From Macrostomum lignano (lineage: Eukaryota), in contig NIVC01002923.1 of NCBI GenBank assembly GCA_002269645.1, forward strand, positions 1 through 64,000: a stretch of 64,000 nucleotides of DNA. The letters run 5' to 3'. How positions within the stretch are numbered: the stretch's first letter is position 1; the number at the start of each line of letters is the position of its first letter. Shown here piece after piece: positions 11,901 through 23,339 of the stretch. The notes under the pieces are model-generated. The model was not told the DNA's origin, did no database searches, and saw nothing but the letters and a program-made list of their open reading frames with translations. A program made the translations under genes and the position numbers.

Positions 11901-14900
11901 CACAGCTAGACAGGCACACAGCTAGACAGGCACACAGCTAGACAGGCACACAGCTAGACAGGCACACAGCTGGACAGGCACACAGCTAGACAGGCACACA
12001 GCTAGACAGGCACACAGCTGGACAGGCACACAGCTAGACAGACACACAGCTAGACAGGCACACAGCTAGACAGGCACACAGCTAGACAGGCACACAGCTA
12101 GACAGGCACACAGCTGGACAGGCACACTTAGACAAGCATCCGATCCCATAGAAAGACAAATTCCAGGCACAGACAGGCAAATTCAGAGACAGACATGCAG
12201 GCAGATAAGAGATTCAGACTAGCAATTCGTGTTCAAAATTGCTCATAAACACAAACGAATTGCACTAACCTTCCTTCTTATGCCGCTGCAGTGCAGCGTG
12301 ATAATCTCTAATTTTAAGCACCAGCTCACTGGCAGTTAAAATAGCCTGCCGATGGTACAGAGTGGACAAAGCTTTCTCGGCCGCATCCCACAGGTGCGGA
12401 TTAGCTGAGAATAGTTCAGCCGCCTTCTTTGAGCCCTTAAACAGGCGAGGAGACCGTTTGCGAAGCAATTCAAGATTCTCTTTAAACAGGTGACGCCTAA
12501 TCAGTTTAATAGGCGACTCGCGCCAGACCTCGCCGCTGTCGCTAACAGAGTAGAGCGTATCGAGCCGGCAGCCGTGCTTTAATCTGGCATAGCCCGAATA
12601 GCAGTAGGTGAATTCGCGACCGCAGGGCGCCCGCAGCACCAGCTGCCTGGGCTCGTCCGATTCCAGACGTTTTGACTGAAAAAAACCGCATTGGATTATA
12701 TATCTAGGTATTATGTAAGGTAATGCATTAATTGCAGTTTCTAGCCTATTCTAGCCTAGCCTATTGGTTGCATATCCCATAGCAATCAAAATCATGAGCC
12801 TGTCATATACCATAACAACAAGAATCATTAGCCCGTCCAGTTCCATAGCAACCAGAACCACCAGTCACTCATATCCCATAGAAACCAGAATCTCTAGCCT
12901 GTCCTGTGCCATAGCAACCAGAATCTCTAGCCTGTCCTGTGCCATAGCAACCAGAAGAAACAGCCAGTCCTGTCCCACAGCAACCAGAATCACCAGCTAG
13001 TCCTGTCCTAGGGTGACACTGTTCAGTCCAGCTCATTACCTTGCTGCAATCAGCGCCCACCGGTGGCTCCAACCAGCATGGCGAATCGCTGCTGCCGCCA
13101 CCGCCGCCGCCGTAGCCCTTCAACAACAGTCGGCCAGTCAGGGGTTCCAGACGAATCCTGGGCACCCTGGGGGCCAGCAGTTGCACATCGCCAGTCAGGT
13201 AGCCTTCAGAGTCCAGACGCAGATTAAGCGACTCGCTGCAATCGTCCCCAACCAGCCAGGCAAACTGCTGAGTCTCCTCTGATTCGCGAACAGCCGTAGG
13301 CAGCAGAGGAGCAGACAGACTGCGCCGCCAAGCCAATCGCATCGGAGACGGCAGGCGGCCGTGGAAGCTAATCTGGTCTAGCAGCGGCTGCCAGAGCTGA
13401 GCTGCCAGCTGGCTGACGTCGAGTCCAGGCTGCGGCTCGTTGAACTGATCATTCTCCTCTCGGCCAATCAGAGGCGCCAGCGATCGCAGCAGCCATATGG
13501 CGTCGCGAGCGTAGTCGATGGCGGCCCGGCGCTCGCCTAGGACTGCGTGCAGCATCGACTGGTAGATGCTGGTGAGGTTGGTGAACTCGTGCAGCCTGTC
13601 CAGGTGGACAAGGGTCTCCCGGCACCAGTCAGTCTGGCAGTTGTGGGTAATAAAGTAATTTTGGTTTTTTTCTCTGTATTGCTTCTCGATTCTAAAAAGC
13701 CATTGTGTGACCCAACCTGGCTAGTTTCCTATCTAAAGCTATTGCGTGACCCACCCTGGCTAGTTTCCTATCTAAAGCTATTGCGTGACCCACACTGGCT
13801 AGTTTCCTATCTAAAGCCATTGTGTGACCCAGCCTGGCTAGTTTCCTATCTAAAGCCATTGTGTGACCCACCCTGGCTAGTTTCCTATCTAAAGCCATTG
13901 TGTGACCCACCCTGGCTAGTTTCCTATCTAAAAAGTCATTGTGTGACCCACCCTGGCTAGTTCCCAATCTAAAAAGCCATTGTGTGACCCACCCTGGCTA
14001 GTTTCCTATCTAAAGCCATTGTGGGACCCCCTCGACATTCACAATCTCTAAAGCCATTGTAATCCCGGATATTTCCGAATCTCTAAAAGCCACTATTTAT
14101 GTGAACATTTTAATGCTATAATGCTCTATTTAAAAACACTCACGCCATCACCGCAGTGAACGAATACAAGCGAAATAAGGGCACGCAGGCCGCACTCTAT
14201 CGGCGCAGTCGGTTGCTGAGGCGGCCGCTCCTCGCGTTGCTGTTGCTGCTCCTGCTGGCTGACCCCGGCGCCCGACTGCTCAATCGAAGCGGCGTAGCTA
14301 TCCGCATCCACCTGGCCGTCGGACAGGTTGCCGAGCTGAATAGCCGCCTGAATGGCCTCAGTGTCAATAAACGGTGCCCAAGCTGGCTCACTCGGTCCAG
14401 GCTCCGGTTTCCAGGCGAATCTCTGTGTAAATACTCGCAGCCAGCGTTGCCTAGCAACGGCCCCACACCCGGTTTTGAATTGGCCTTCGTCGAATACGGT
14501 GGCGCACAATGCCAATTGTTGGAAGTGGGCGCCAATGCGGATTAGGCGATCGTCAGCCGGCTCAAAGCTCAGGGAGTCGGACAGCGCGCCAGCAGCCATG
14601 AGTTCGCGAAGGGCCATCAAATAGAAAGATGCGGCATCCTGCGGCATGTCCACCTGGCGATTTCAGGCATATTTTTATTGGTTAAAATTGCAGATTAACT
14701 GCTGTAGAGGGTTCTTTGGCCTAGTGACATCATGTCCTTTGGCTACTAACCTGTCACCCAGTCGCTATTGAGATGTCCTCTAGGTCCAGTGACTACTAGC
14801 CTGTCTTCTAGTCGCTACTAACCAGTCTTCTAGTGGCTACTAACCAGTCTTCTAGTGGCTACTAACCAGTCTTCTAGTCGCTACTAACCAGTCTTCTAGT

Positions 14901-16678
14901 CGCTACTAACCAGTCTTCTAGTCGCTACTAACCAGTCTTCTAGTGGCTACTAACCAGTCTTCTAGTCGCTACTAACCAGTCTTCTAGTCGCTACTAACCA
15001 GTCTTCTGGTCGCTACTAGCCAGTCTTCTAGTCGCTACTAGCCTGTCTTCTAGTGGCTACTAAGCCGTTTCTGGTGGCTACTAACCTGTATTCCACTGAT
15101 TCCACTGGCTATTAACTTGTCTTCCAGTGGCTAAAAACTTTTAAAGTGACTACTAACCTGTCTTCCATTAGCTACTAACCTGTCTTCCATTAGCTACTCA
15201 CCTGTCTTCCATTAGCTACTAACCTGTCTTCCATTAGCTACTAACCTGTCTTCCATTAGCTACTCACCTGTCTTCCATTAGCTACTAACCTGTCTTCCAT
15301 TAGCTACTAACCTGTCTTCCATTAGCTACTAAAATGTCTTAAAGAGGCTATTAACGTGTCTTCCGGGGGCTACTAACCTGTGGTCCACTAGATACTGTCT
15401 TACAGCAGCTACCAATCAGCCCTATTGCACCTCACATGAGTAACTCACCATAGCATACATTCTAGCAACCTCATTCAGCATAGAGGCTCGATCAATACCA
15501 GGCCCTAACAAGTCTGAAGTGGCTAGGAACGCTGAGCAGGCCTCGTCAACAAGGCCTCTAGCCCATAAACAATAGGGCAAGGCGTGCTTTCCGTAGTGAT
15601 TCGCCAGCTCGTGACAAACACCTTCTGATCGGATGCACCTGCGGCGCCAGTTAAACTCCAGAGCAGCCAGACAGGCCAGCGAGGCTATTGGAAAGCAAGA
15701 AAATGCAAGCTTCAACACGTAGTTACTGGTGCAATAAAACCGCGGCTGATGAAAAATAGGCAGGTAGCGGCAGGTGTCGCCGCGCGAGCTCCAAGCCCGC
15801 AGCAGGGCCGGCATACGGTATGCCTCGGCTGCATAGGCGCCCTGCGAGTGAACCACTGTTTCATGCTGACAATTGTAATGCGAGGCGCTGTACAGAGAGC
15901 GGGACAGGAAAATCTCTTCTGCATTACGACCACAGTGACTGCGCAACGCCTGCGCTACGTCAACGTTGCGCATTTGCATCACTTGATTGAGATCCTGGGC
16001 CCGTTCGCGCCACCACTGGCGAGTCAGCTCGCGCAGCCGACGGAGCAGACGCTCTCGTTGAAGTCGGCGAAGCAGCGGCCGCGGCAGCTGAACTGGCCGC
16101 TTCTGACCAGGCCGATTGCTAAGCCGCTGCAGGCAGAGGTCCATCAGAGACAGCGGCGACCACAGGCCGGCCCTGGTCTGCCTGACGTGCAGAAACTTTA
16201 CAGTCAGGCTTGGCTTCGGCGGCGCCGAGTCGACATCGCTGTACGTCACGTGACCAGACCGGACAGAAGCGTCGACGCCATCCGACAATTCGCTGCCAGC
16301 CGCCATTCGGCGATGCTTTTTCTGTCGACGGCTCAGCTTTCTCGGCCGGCCGTCATCTTCGAACAAGTACCAGATGTCGTCGTCATCGGAAATGTCGGTA
16401 GCAGGTGGGGCATCACCTGGTTGATTGTCTTCCTCATCGGCATCGATACAGTCGGCAGCATCCTCCTCTCCTTGGCTGGCATCGCAGTCGTCAGCCTGCG
16501 AATCAGCCGCGGACACGGCCGCCTCCGCCTGCTGCGACAGCACGCGCATCAGCTTGCGCCCGCCGGCGCGATCTAAATTGGCGTAGAATGAAACCAGATA
16601 TTGCACATCCGCATCTTCCTCATTATCATCATTAGCTACTGCGGTGACAGCAGCCAGGGCATCCGGCTGCTGCGACAT
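8983..16678 (-). CDS. Uncharacterised ~1433-aa protein: acidic N-terminus, BC/SOCS-box-like motif, helical middle, probable beta-propeller C-terminus; 6 exons
   Basis: Exons 16678-15449, 14653-14144, 13633-13040, 12675-12270, 11055-10046 and 9534-8983. All junctions are GT-AG with compatible phases (0,0,0,1,0), and 4302 nt gives one open frame. I do not recognise the family. Confidence 0.8.
9640..9895. repeat. 21-bp minisatellite (ctctataggcgacaagctaat), intron 5 of the large gene
   Basis: About 12 tandem units. Confidence 0.95.
11340..12130. repeat. 16-bp minisatellite (gcacacagctagacag), intron 4 of the large gene
   Basis: Long tandem array with variant units. Confidence 0.95.
12855..13005. 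repeat. 33-bp short tandem array, intron 3 of the large gene
   Basis: catagcaaccagaatctctagcctgtcctgtgc repeated about 4-5 times with degeneration. Confidence 0.85.
13695..14030. repeat. 39-bp minisatellite, intron 2 of the large gene
   Basis: aaagccattgtgtgacccaccctggctagtttcctatct repeated about 8 times. Confidence 0.95.
14790..15380. repeat. 22-bp minisatellite with two unit variants, intron 1 of the large gene
   Basis: ctactaaccagtcttctagtcg units are followed by ctactaacctgtcttccattag units. Confidence 0.93.
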
Positions 16679-17333
16679 TTCTCTGCAACAGAGAATAGAG
16701 TTCTTGATATTGTTGCGTAGGCTTTGTATTTATGTTTCGTTGTTAGTTATAGTTGTAGGTCTCATTTTAGTATATCGAAGATATGTACGTCTCCGGGCCC
16801 CGCCCCCCATTATCGCTTAGTGTACATGCAATCTCAGCCCCACCCCAATCTTTCGTGTGTCATTTAGCAGTTAAATATAAAAGGAACGATGGCTTGAATT
16901 TGTTCGTGAGAGTGCGTTGTGGCAATAGTCAAAAACCTGCCAAGAGTTTGAGCAAAAGTTATTTGTCTTGAGAACAGATATGTGTAACCAAAGCTTAAAT
17001 GCATGATCTTATATCTGAATAAACAGCTCTTATAATAGATTAGAAACAAAAAGTGAATTAAGCTTGACTTTAGCTGGGTCAGACTAATGTCTTGGGCTAT
17101 CTTAAATTTTCCTAAACTTAGGTCTTTCATACCTAAAAATAAATAAACTGCTAAATCCTTTATAGGATTGCTCCACTTTAAACTAATTATTTTCAATTTT
17201 GATATCAACAATCTTCAACTATTTTGATGCACCAGCATAAAATTTTGAATCCTAAAGTTAATCCTAAATTGCACTGTACACTGTCTACATGATATGATTT
17301 ACTTTAAACTTGACAATTCTTCATTGACTTATT

Positions 17334-17904
17334 TCTCTATCTAAATATAAAGTCTCAACTCTGTAACTCAATCAGGAATGAAACTGTTAGACAGTTTCTA
17401 ATCTCTCCTTTCTCCTCTTTCATCTCTACTCTTTTATCTTTTCTTTCTTCTCCCTTCTCTATCTTCTATAATTTATTTTACATTCTCTCTCCTTTTCTCT
17501 TTTTCTCTTATCTCTTCTCTTTTATATTTTATCTTATCTCCTTTCAACTCTTATCTAGTTTGTAGCCATGAGCTGGATTCTTTATCTGGCCCTTGGAGAT
17601 AAAAGTCTGCCAGTGCCAACTGCTGCTTCAAAAGCCAGTTCTGGGACATAGTACTCATGGGCCATTCCAAGGGTCATTAGCTAACTGCTTTGATCACATA
17701 ATCTTTCTGGCCAATTTTGAATCCTAAGAAGAATTTGTATATCTAAAGCTCAATTGTAGCCTATTACTCGAAAAAGCATTTGAATGCCAGATTTGAATGC
17801 CAGAAAGATGCAATGTGAGCATTATTCACTTACAATTGATGAGTGGACTGCAATTAACAATAGGCGCTTCATGCATATCAATATTCACACAACTGATAAG
17901 CAAG
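17334..17904 (+). repeat. 571-bp direct repeat copy A (copy B at 25264-25833); ends in a hAT transposase fragment
   Basis: Nearly identical to 25264-25833 from tctctatctaaatataaag to aactgataagcaag, with a few substitutions and about one indel. Confidence 0.95.
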
Positions 17905-18154
17905 CCCAGGCCAGTCTTTTTTCCAGTAAATTTCGAATTCCTACTACGCTATGAATCCCTACCTAAGTAATCCCTACCTAAGTTATCCCAATCCCTATCT
18001 TTATCCATATCCCTATCCCTATCCTTATCCATTTGCCAGTCTATTTTATCCCCCACCCCCATCTACTTGGATGCCTTATCCCAACCCGTTACCCACACCC
18101 CATGCTCCCACCGGCAACCTGGCCAATGCAGCAACAGCAGCAACAGCAAGAGGA

Positions 18155-18266
18155 CCCGCCGGCCTTTACAGCCGACCTGGAGAAGCTTCTCCAGCCCCTA
18201 CTAGGCGCCGCGTCTTCGTCGCGGGGGGGGGGGGAGGTGTCCCTATGGGATATCAAAGAGCGCCTA
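18155..18266 (+). ncRNA. Predicted HDV-like self-cleaving ribozyme at the LINE 5' end
   Basis: P2 uaggcgc (18202-08)/gcgccua (18260-66); P3 cgcg (18209-12)/cgcg (18220-23); L3 ucuucgu; G-run 18224-34 supplies P1 3' strand and P1.1; P4 gugucc c/gggauau (18237-53); J4/2 C18254-aaaga. The P1 5' strand is ambiguous (cccctac 18195-18201 or cccgcc 18155-60). Folded by eye only. Confidence 0.65.
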
Positions 18267-19263
18267 AACCTTGGACACCCTGTGTCCCATCGGCTAGAAG
18301 AAGTTTGTGTCAACGGAAGCTGCAGCCCGCCGATGGCTTCCCGGCGGTCAAGGGTGGCAGTTGGGCCCACCACCTTCCCAAGCTGCGCTTATTCAGGGCC
18401 GGCAACATTGAAACCAACCCAGGACCCCCCGTCACACTATGGCAAGGCCTGCTGCGGCAAGCCGCTCCGTGACAGGGCGCTGGTCTGTCGGCAATGCAAC
18501 CGCGGTTTTCATCTCCAAAGAATCTGCTCTGGGTTGAGCCGTTGGGCCTCGGACCGCGCCGTGCGCGAGAACACCTGGACTTGTTCCGACTGCTCACGTG
18601 GGCCAGTCTCATCCCCGGAGCCACCGGGACAAGACACCGAGGCCACTGCTCAGCAAGGCACTCCTGTCCAGGCGGAGTCACCGGCCGAGGATCGGAGACT
18701 CACCCTGCTTGCGAGGATCAAAGAAGAAAAGCCTAACTGCGCCAAGTGCAAGAAGACCATCCTGGTGTCGACGGTGATTGCCTGCTGTAACACCTGTGAG
18801 GCCTTTTTCCACAATGCATGCACCGAAGCCACCAGAGAACAGATTAAGCAAGAAGTCCGCAGGGGCCGCTGGCGGTGTCGTTTCTGTACCGAAGCCCTCA
18901 CTACCAGTGGAGCTACGCATTCCTCGCCAGAAGCCGACCCCACGGCCCACAACGAAACGCACCGCGGACGGAAAGAAGGACCTGCCAATAACAAGGGCCT
19001 CAAGGTCCTGCAATGGAATGCGGACGGCATCCGAAACAAAATGGGAGAACTGGAGGAGCTGGTCCAACGCCTCAAAGTTGATGTTGTCATGATCCAAGAA
19101 TCTAAGCTTGACTAAGTCTCCCGCACGCCAAAGATCCCCGGCTTTACCACCGTGAGAAAAGACCGACGAACGCTACGTTCCAGCGAGACGTACAAGGGAG
19201 GAGGTCTCCTCACGCTCATCCGCCAAGAAATCCCCTTCCGGCGGCTCAAAGGCTGGAGTGGAG

Positions 19264-19549
19264 CATACATGCGCAACAGTCGGCCGATCGGGCCGACCGA
19301 TTTGGCGGCCAACCAAGGAAGTCGCAAAAATGCCCACCCGAAAAAACACCAAGTAGTAGTACTAAGTAGCTGACGAGGCATTTTGGCTTTATAAGACTGT
19401 TAAGTTACTCCTGCCGTTTACCCAAAGTTGCGTTAATTTTGCTTTCGGGTTTTTTACATGTAAGTCGCATTTTTGGCCAAAAACTACGTCGCATTTTTGT
19501 TAAAACTAAGTCGCACGGCCGACCGAATTTTGGAGGTTGCGCATGTATG
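19264..19549. mobile_element. 286-bp hAT-type MITE inserted in the LINE endonuclease
   Basis: Perfect 14-bp TIR catacatgcgcaac/gttgcgcatgtatg and 8-bp TSD gagtggag (19256-63, 19550-57). Removing it restores RRLKGWSGGTVEGCRIV. Confidence 0.95.
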
Positions 19550-22502
19550 GAGTGGAGGCACGGTGGAAGGCTGCCGCATCGTGATCAACCTTAGTGTCAA
19601 AAAGCGTCTCGTGCTCACTAACATTTACCGGCCGCCCATCAGGCGCAATGCTGGCGCCGACTGCCGGGAGCACCCGGACATCGATCTCTGGCTGAAGCCG
19701 CACCAGCGCGAGATTATTGCTGGCGACTTTAATCTCCATCACACGACCTGGGGTAGTCTGCCTGGCCAGGGGCCCGAGGGCGCCGAACAAGCCAAAGCCC
19801 TGCTGGAGTGGTGTGACAGTAGTGGGTATTGTGTCCTCAACTCGGGCTCCCTCACCTGTCTCGATCGCCGCGACGGTCTCGATCGCCGCGATGGTGGAGA
19901 GAGTGCCCCCGACATCAGCCTCGCTAGCGCCGGCCTCGACGACCTCTGCTCGTGATAGGCCCTTGACGAACTGGGCTCTGACCACAAACCCATTCTCATC
20001 ACTGTGGATAGCGACCGCGCTAGCACCGACCAGAAGATTTGTCTCACCTGGGCCTGGCAGAAAGCTGACTGGAACAGCTACCAGGCCCAGCTCGAAGACG
20101 ATAGCATTGGGCTCAACAAAGGCACTGTCAAGCAGCAAATCCAATGCCTCTGCTTTCGTATGAGTAAGGCGGCCAAAGCTTGCATTCTTCAGACTGCAGG
20201 CCTTCTTCAGACACCTGCTGGACTCGTGGCTCACAGCCTGGCTCACGGTCTTTAATCGGTGCTGGTCCCTAGGGCACTGCCCGGAAGTCTGGAAGAAGGC
20301 GGTGATCGTCCCACTTTTGAAAAAGGGCAAAGACCCAGCCAACTGCAGCAGCTTCCGGCCTGTTAGTCTCACTTCCATCTGTGTTCAAATCATGGAGCGC
20401 ATTGTGATGGACCGGCTCATGCACTGGATCGAACTCAACAACACGCTGCAACCGTGGCAAGCTGGTTTTCAGAGAGGGCATAGCTGCGAAGAACAAGTGG
20501 CGCGTCTGGTCCAGGAAATCCAAGACCTCCTTGCCCGTATCATGGATGAGGGAGTCCCGGGTCGCATGGTGCACTGGTCTGCCAGCTTCCTGGAGGGGCG
20601 CCAGATTGCCGTCCGCGTGGGCGACACGATCGGCAAATGGAAGCCGCTTAAGGAGGGGGTGCCGCAGGGGGCAGTGTGCTCGCCGGTGCTCTTCCTCCTG
20701 TACATTAACGACTGGGCAGACTCCCTGGTCCCAGATGTCAACTACGCCGGCTTTGCTGACGACCTGGGCGTCTGGGCCTTGGGCAGCAACACCCAGCAGA
20801 TTGCGGAGCGCCTTCAACTGGCCATCGATCGCATCGACGCCTGGGCCACAGATCTCCGTATCGATCTCAATCCCCTCAAAATTGAATGCTGTATCTTCTC
20901 GAGAGACCGCAGGGACCGCGACCATACCCTCAACCTGTGCATCCGAGGCCAGCAACTCCCAACCAGGCAGGAGCTGCGCTACCTGGGTGTCTGGATCGAC
21001 AGCGGCCTGCTCTTCAAGCGGCAGTCCGACGAAGTTGCCACCAAACTGCGCCGTCGTTGTGCTGTCCTGCGTGCACTGTCGCATCGCGAATGGGGGTGGG
21101 ACCGCGCCACGCTTAGGACGGTGTATAAAGCCGTGGTGGAGTCTGTGGTTTGGCATGCGGCTGCAGCCTGGATGCCCTGGCTCTCTCAGACTCGCCTCAA
21201 TGACCTGGACAAAGCCCAAAAAGTCGCTCTGAGTCTTGTCTCTGGTCTACCAAGCTCGACTTCTAGCGTGGCCATCTACCGTGAGGCCGATTGTGTGCCC
21301 ATCAGCCTGGAGGCCAAACGACGAGCGCTGGTCACCGTCGAAAAGGCGCTCCGGCGGCCCGAGGCGGACCCCTGGAGGTCCAGGTATGAACTCAGGACCC
21401 CCACCCGGCTCAAAGCCAACCGTGGCCTCCGCGAACAAGCCCACTCAGTGCTCAACGAGATCCTCCCACATAGCCGTCTCCCGGGAGCCTGGGTCAGAGC
21501 CCCGCCGTGGGACACACTCAGCGGCTCGGACTGGCTGAGGCTCTATCCGCAACTGGTGAGACCGCTCCGTAAAACCGACAGTCAGCACACCCACGATCCG
21601 ATCATCGCCGACACCTTCCGAGAACGCCTGCCCAGTACCTGCTACTTCACGGACGGCTCCGCTTCGGGTGGCACCGCCAACGGCCAACGGTGTCGCCGCC
21701 TGGATTCTGTTTGACCAGGAGATGGGCACGATCATCCGGGGCGGCCACTCTGCAGCGGGCAGATAGTGCAGCTCCTTCGAAACCGAGCTCCGCGCGCTCC
21801 GAGATGCCGTCGTGGATGTCATCCAGCAGGACGTTGACACCGCCGCCTTCTCACCGATAGCCAGGCGGCCGTCAGAGCACTGATAGCCGACCGGCCCACC
21901 ACTAACGCGCTACTCAAAGACCTGAAGGCCCTTCTTCGGCAAGCAGCTGGCCGTTACGTTCTCACGATCCAGTGGATTCCCGGCCATGCTGGCGTGGCTG
22001 GTAACGAGTTCGTCGATCGCGAGGCCAAAGCCGCAGCTCTTCTGGATCAAGCCCAAGTGGCCATCTCGCTCGAAGCAGCCAAGCGGTTTATCTACCGCCG
22101 TCTCGAGTACCTTCCGGACCTGACCGGCCATCTGAAGGAGACTTACCAAGGACGCATCACGCACCATAACGGCAGCCGGCGTGAGCAAGTCCTCGTTGCG
22201 CAGGTGAGAGCTGGACACTGCCCCTCCTCGGCCTACTACGCTAAGCGCATCGGCAAAGCTCAGCTGGCCGAGTGCAGGCTTTGGGGGCTCGAGGTAGACC
22301 AATTCCACCTGGTCCACTGCCCTGCGATCGATGTCGCCCGAAGACAGAACAGCATTTGCAATCTGAAAGACCTAGCCGATGGAAACCTGGTGGCGCGGCT
22401 CCTGGAGTGGATCGACTGGACCCCGCTCTAGACGGCTGCACTCCGCACTCAACAACAACAACAACAACAACAACAGCAAGAGGAGCAACAACAGCAACAG
22501 CA

Positions 22503-23339
22503 GAGCGGTTCTCAAAGACGGCAGCGGAGGGGCTGGCATCATCATAGACAAGGTCACGCCGCCGCTCACTGCTGCGCTCTCTGACAATATCACCACGCTG
22601 CGCATTCCAGCGGGGCGGCCCTGCTCATCGACCGCTGCCGAGCTAGTCGCCCTGCTGGCGGCTATTGACTGGCTGTGCAAACTGGACGAACCATGGCACC
22701 ACGCCCGCATAGCCACTGACAGCCGCAGCGCGCTGCAAGCCATCACAGGCGAATCCCGGTTGCCGGCCGCCATTAACATCCGGCACCTGCTGGCACACCT
22801 CGGGGAGTGCGGCCGCAAGGTGGCTATGATCTGGATACCGGCTCACTGCGGCCTCCCCGGAAACGAAGCAGCTGATAAGGCAGCTGGTGAAGCCGCAACC
22901 ATGCCACAGGACAACATGCCGGTTGGCGCCAGCATCACGAGTAGAGTCCTCCGGAGGCAACTACCGAGAAGGTTCACGCACGACCGGAGCCGCAGGTCTA
23001 CGGCAGGGAAGCCAGGGTGCAGCGAGCGAGCTTCGGAAATTGTACCGAAGCGCTAAGCCTGCGCCGCTTCCGCTCCGGCCACTCGATCCAACTTCAAGCT
23101 TACAACCTGCGCATCGGACGCGCCGACGACGGGCTGTGTCAGGCCTGCAAACTGGAGCCGGAAACGGTCGACCACCTCTGCGACTGCCCGGCCACCTGGA
23201 CGCGCAGGCAGCAGCTCGGTATTGGCGACGCCGCCGACTTGTGGGCCAAGGAGCCAAGCGCGCTTGCTTACTGGAATTGGTTCCTCACCAGATTCGCGGA
23301 ACGTTAGACTGCACCGGTGGCATATACACACACGCACAC
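22503..23339 (+). mobile_element. 5'-truncated Ingi-like LINE of a second family (RNase H + C-terminal zinc finger)
   Basis: It starts inside RNase H (AVLKDGSGGAG...AELVAL...TDSRSAL...WIPAHCGLPGNEAADKAA) and contains CQACKLEPETVDHLCDC. Stop at 23307, (CA)n tail, TSD acagcaacagca at 22491-22502 and 23340-23351. Confidence 0.9.

Larger units (their letters stand above)
18155..22470 (+). mobile_element. Apparently full-length but decayed Ingi-like (I-group) non-LTR retrotransposon: 2A-like + 2xPHD + APE + RT + RNase H + C-terminal zinc finger
   Basis: TSD caacagcaagagga at 18141-18154 and 22471-22484; (CAA)7 tail at 22450-22470. Domains: GNIETNPGP; PHD CCGK..CRQC..FH...C..WTCSDC and CAKC..CNTC..FH..C..WRCRFC; APE LQWNADG, IQES, GDFN, SDH; RT QAGF, GVPQGAVCSPVLF, FADD, YLGV; RNase H FTDGS and WIPGHAGVAGNEFVD. 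It has stops, frameshifts, an RT deletion and a MITE insertion. Confidence 0.92.

Noticed and set aside
15749-16576. Antisense ORFs overlapping real exons (also 10254-10550, 20269-21219, 47212-47640, 59211-59762)
   Set aside because: They are shadow ORFs of GC-rich coding sequence on the opposite strand or in another frame, with no motifs.
17955-18030. Telomere-like CCCTAT/CCCTAC repeats before the LINE
   Set aside because: They are degenerate and better explained as Tyr-Pro codons of the disrupted gene. They lie outside the element's TSD.
18236-18300. Alternative ribozyme fold using ggtgtcc/ggacacc as P1
   Set aside because: No P3/L3 or P1.1 fits this register. The fold at 18195-18266 fits far better.
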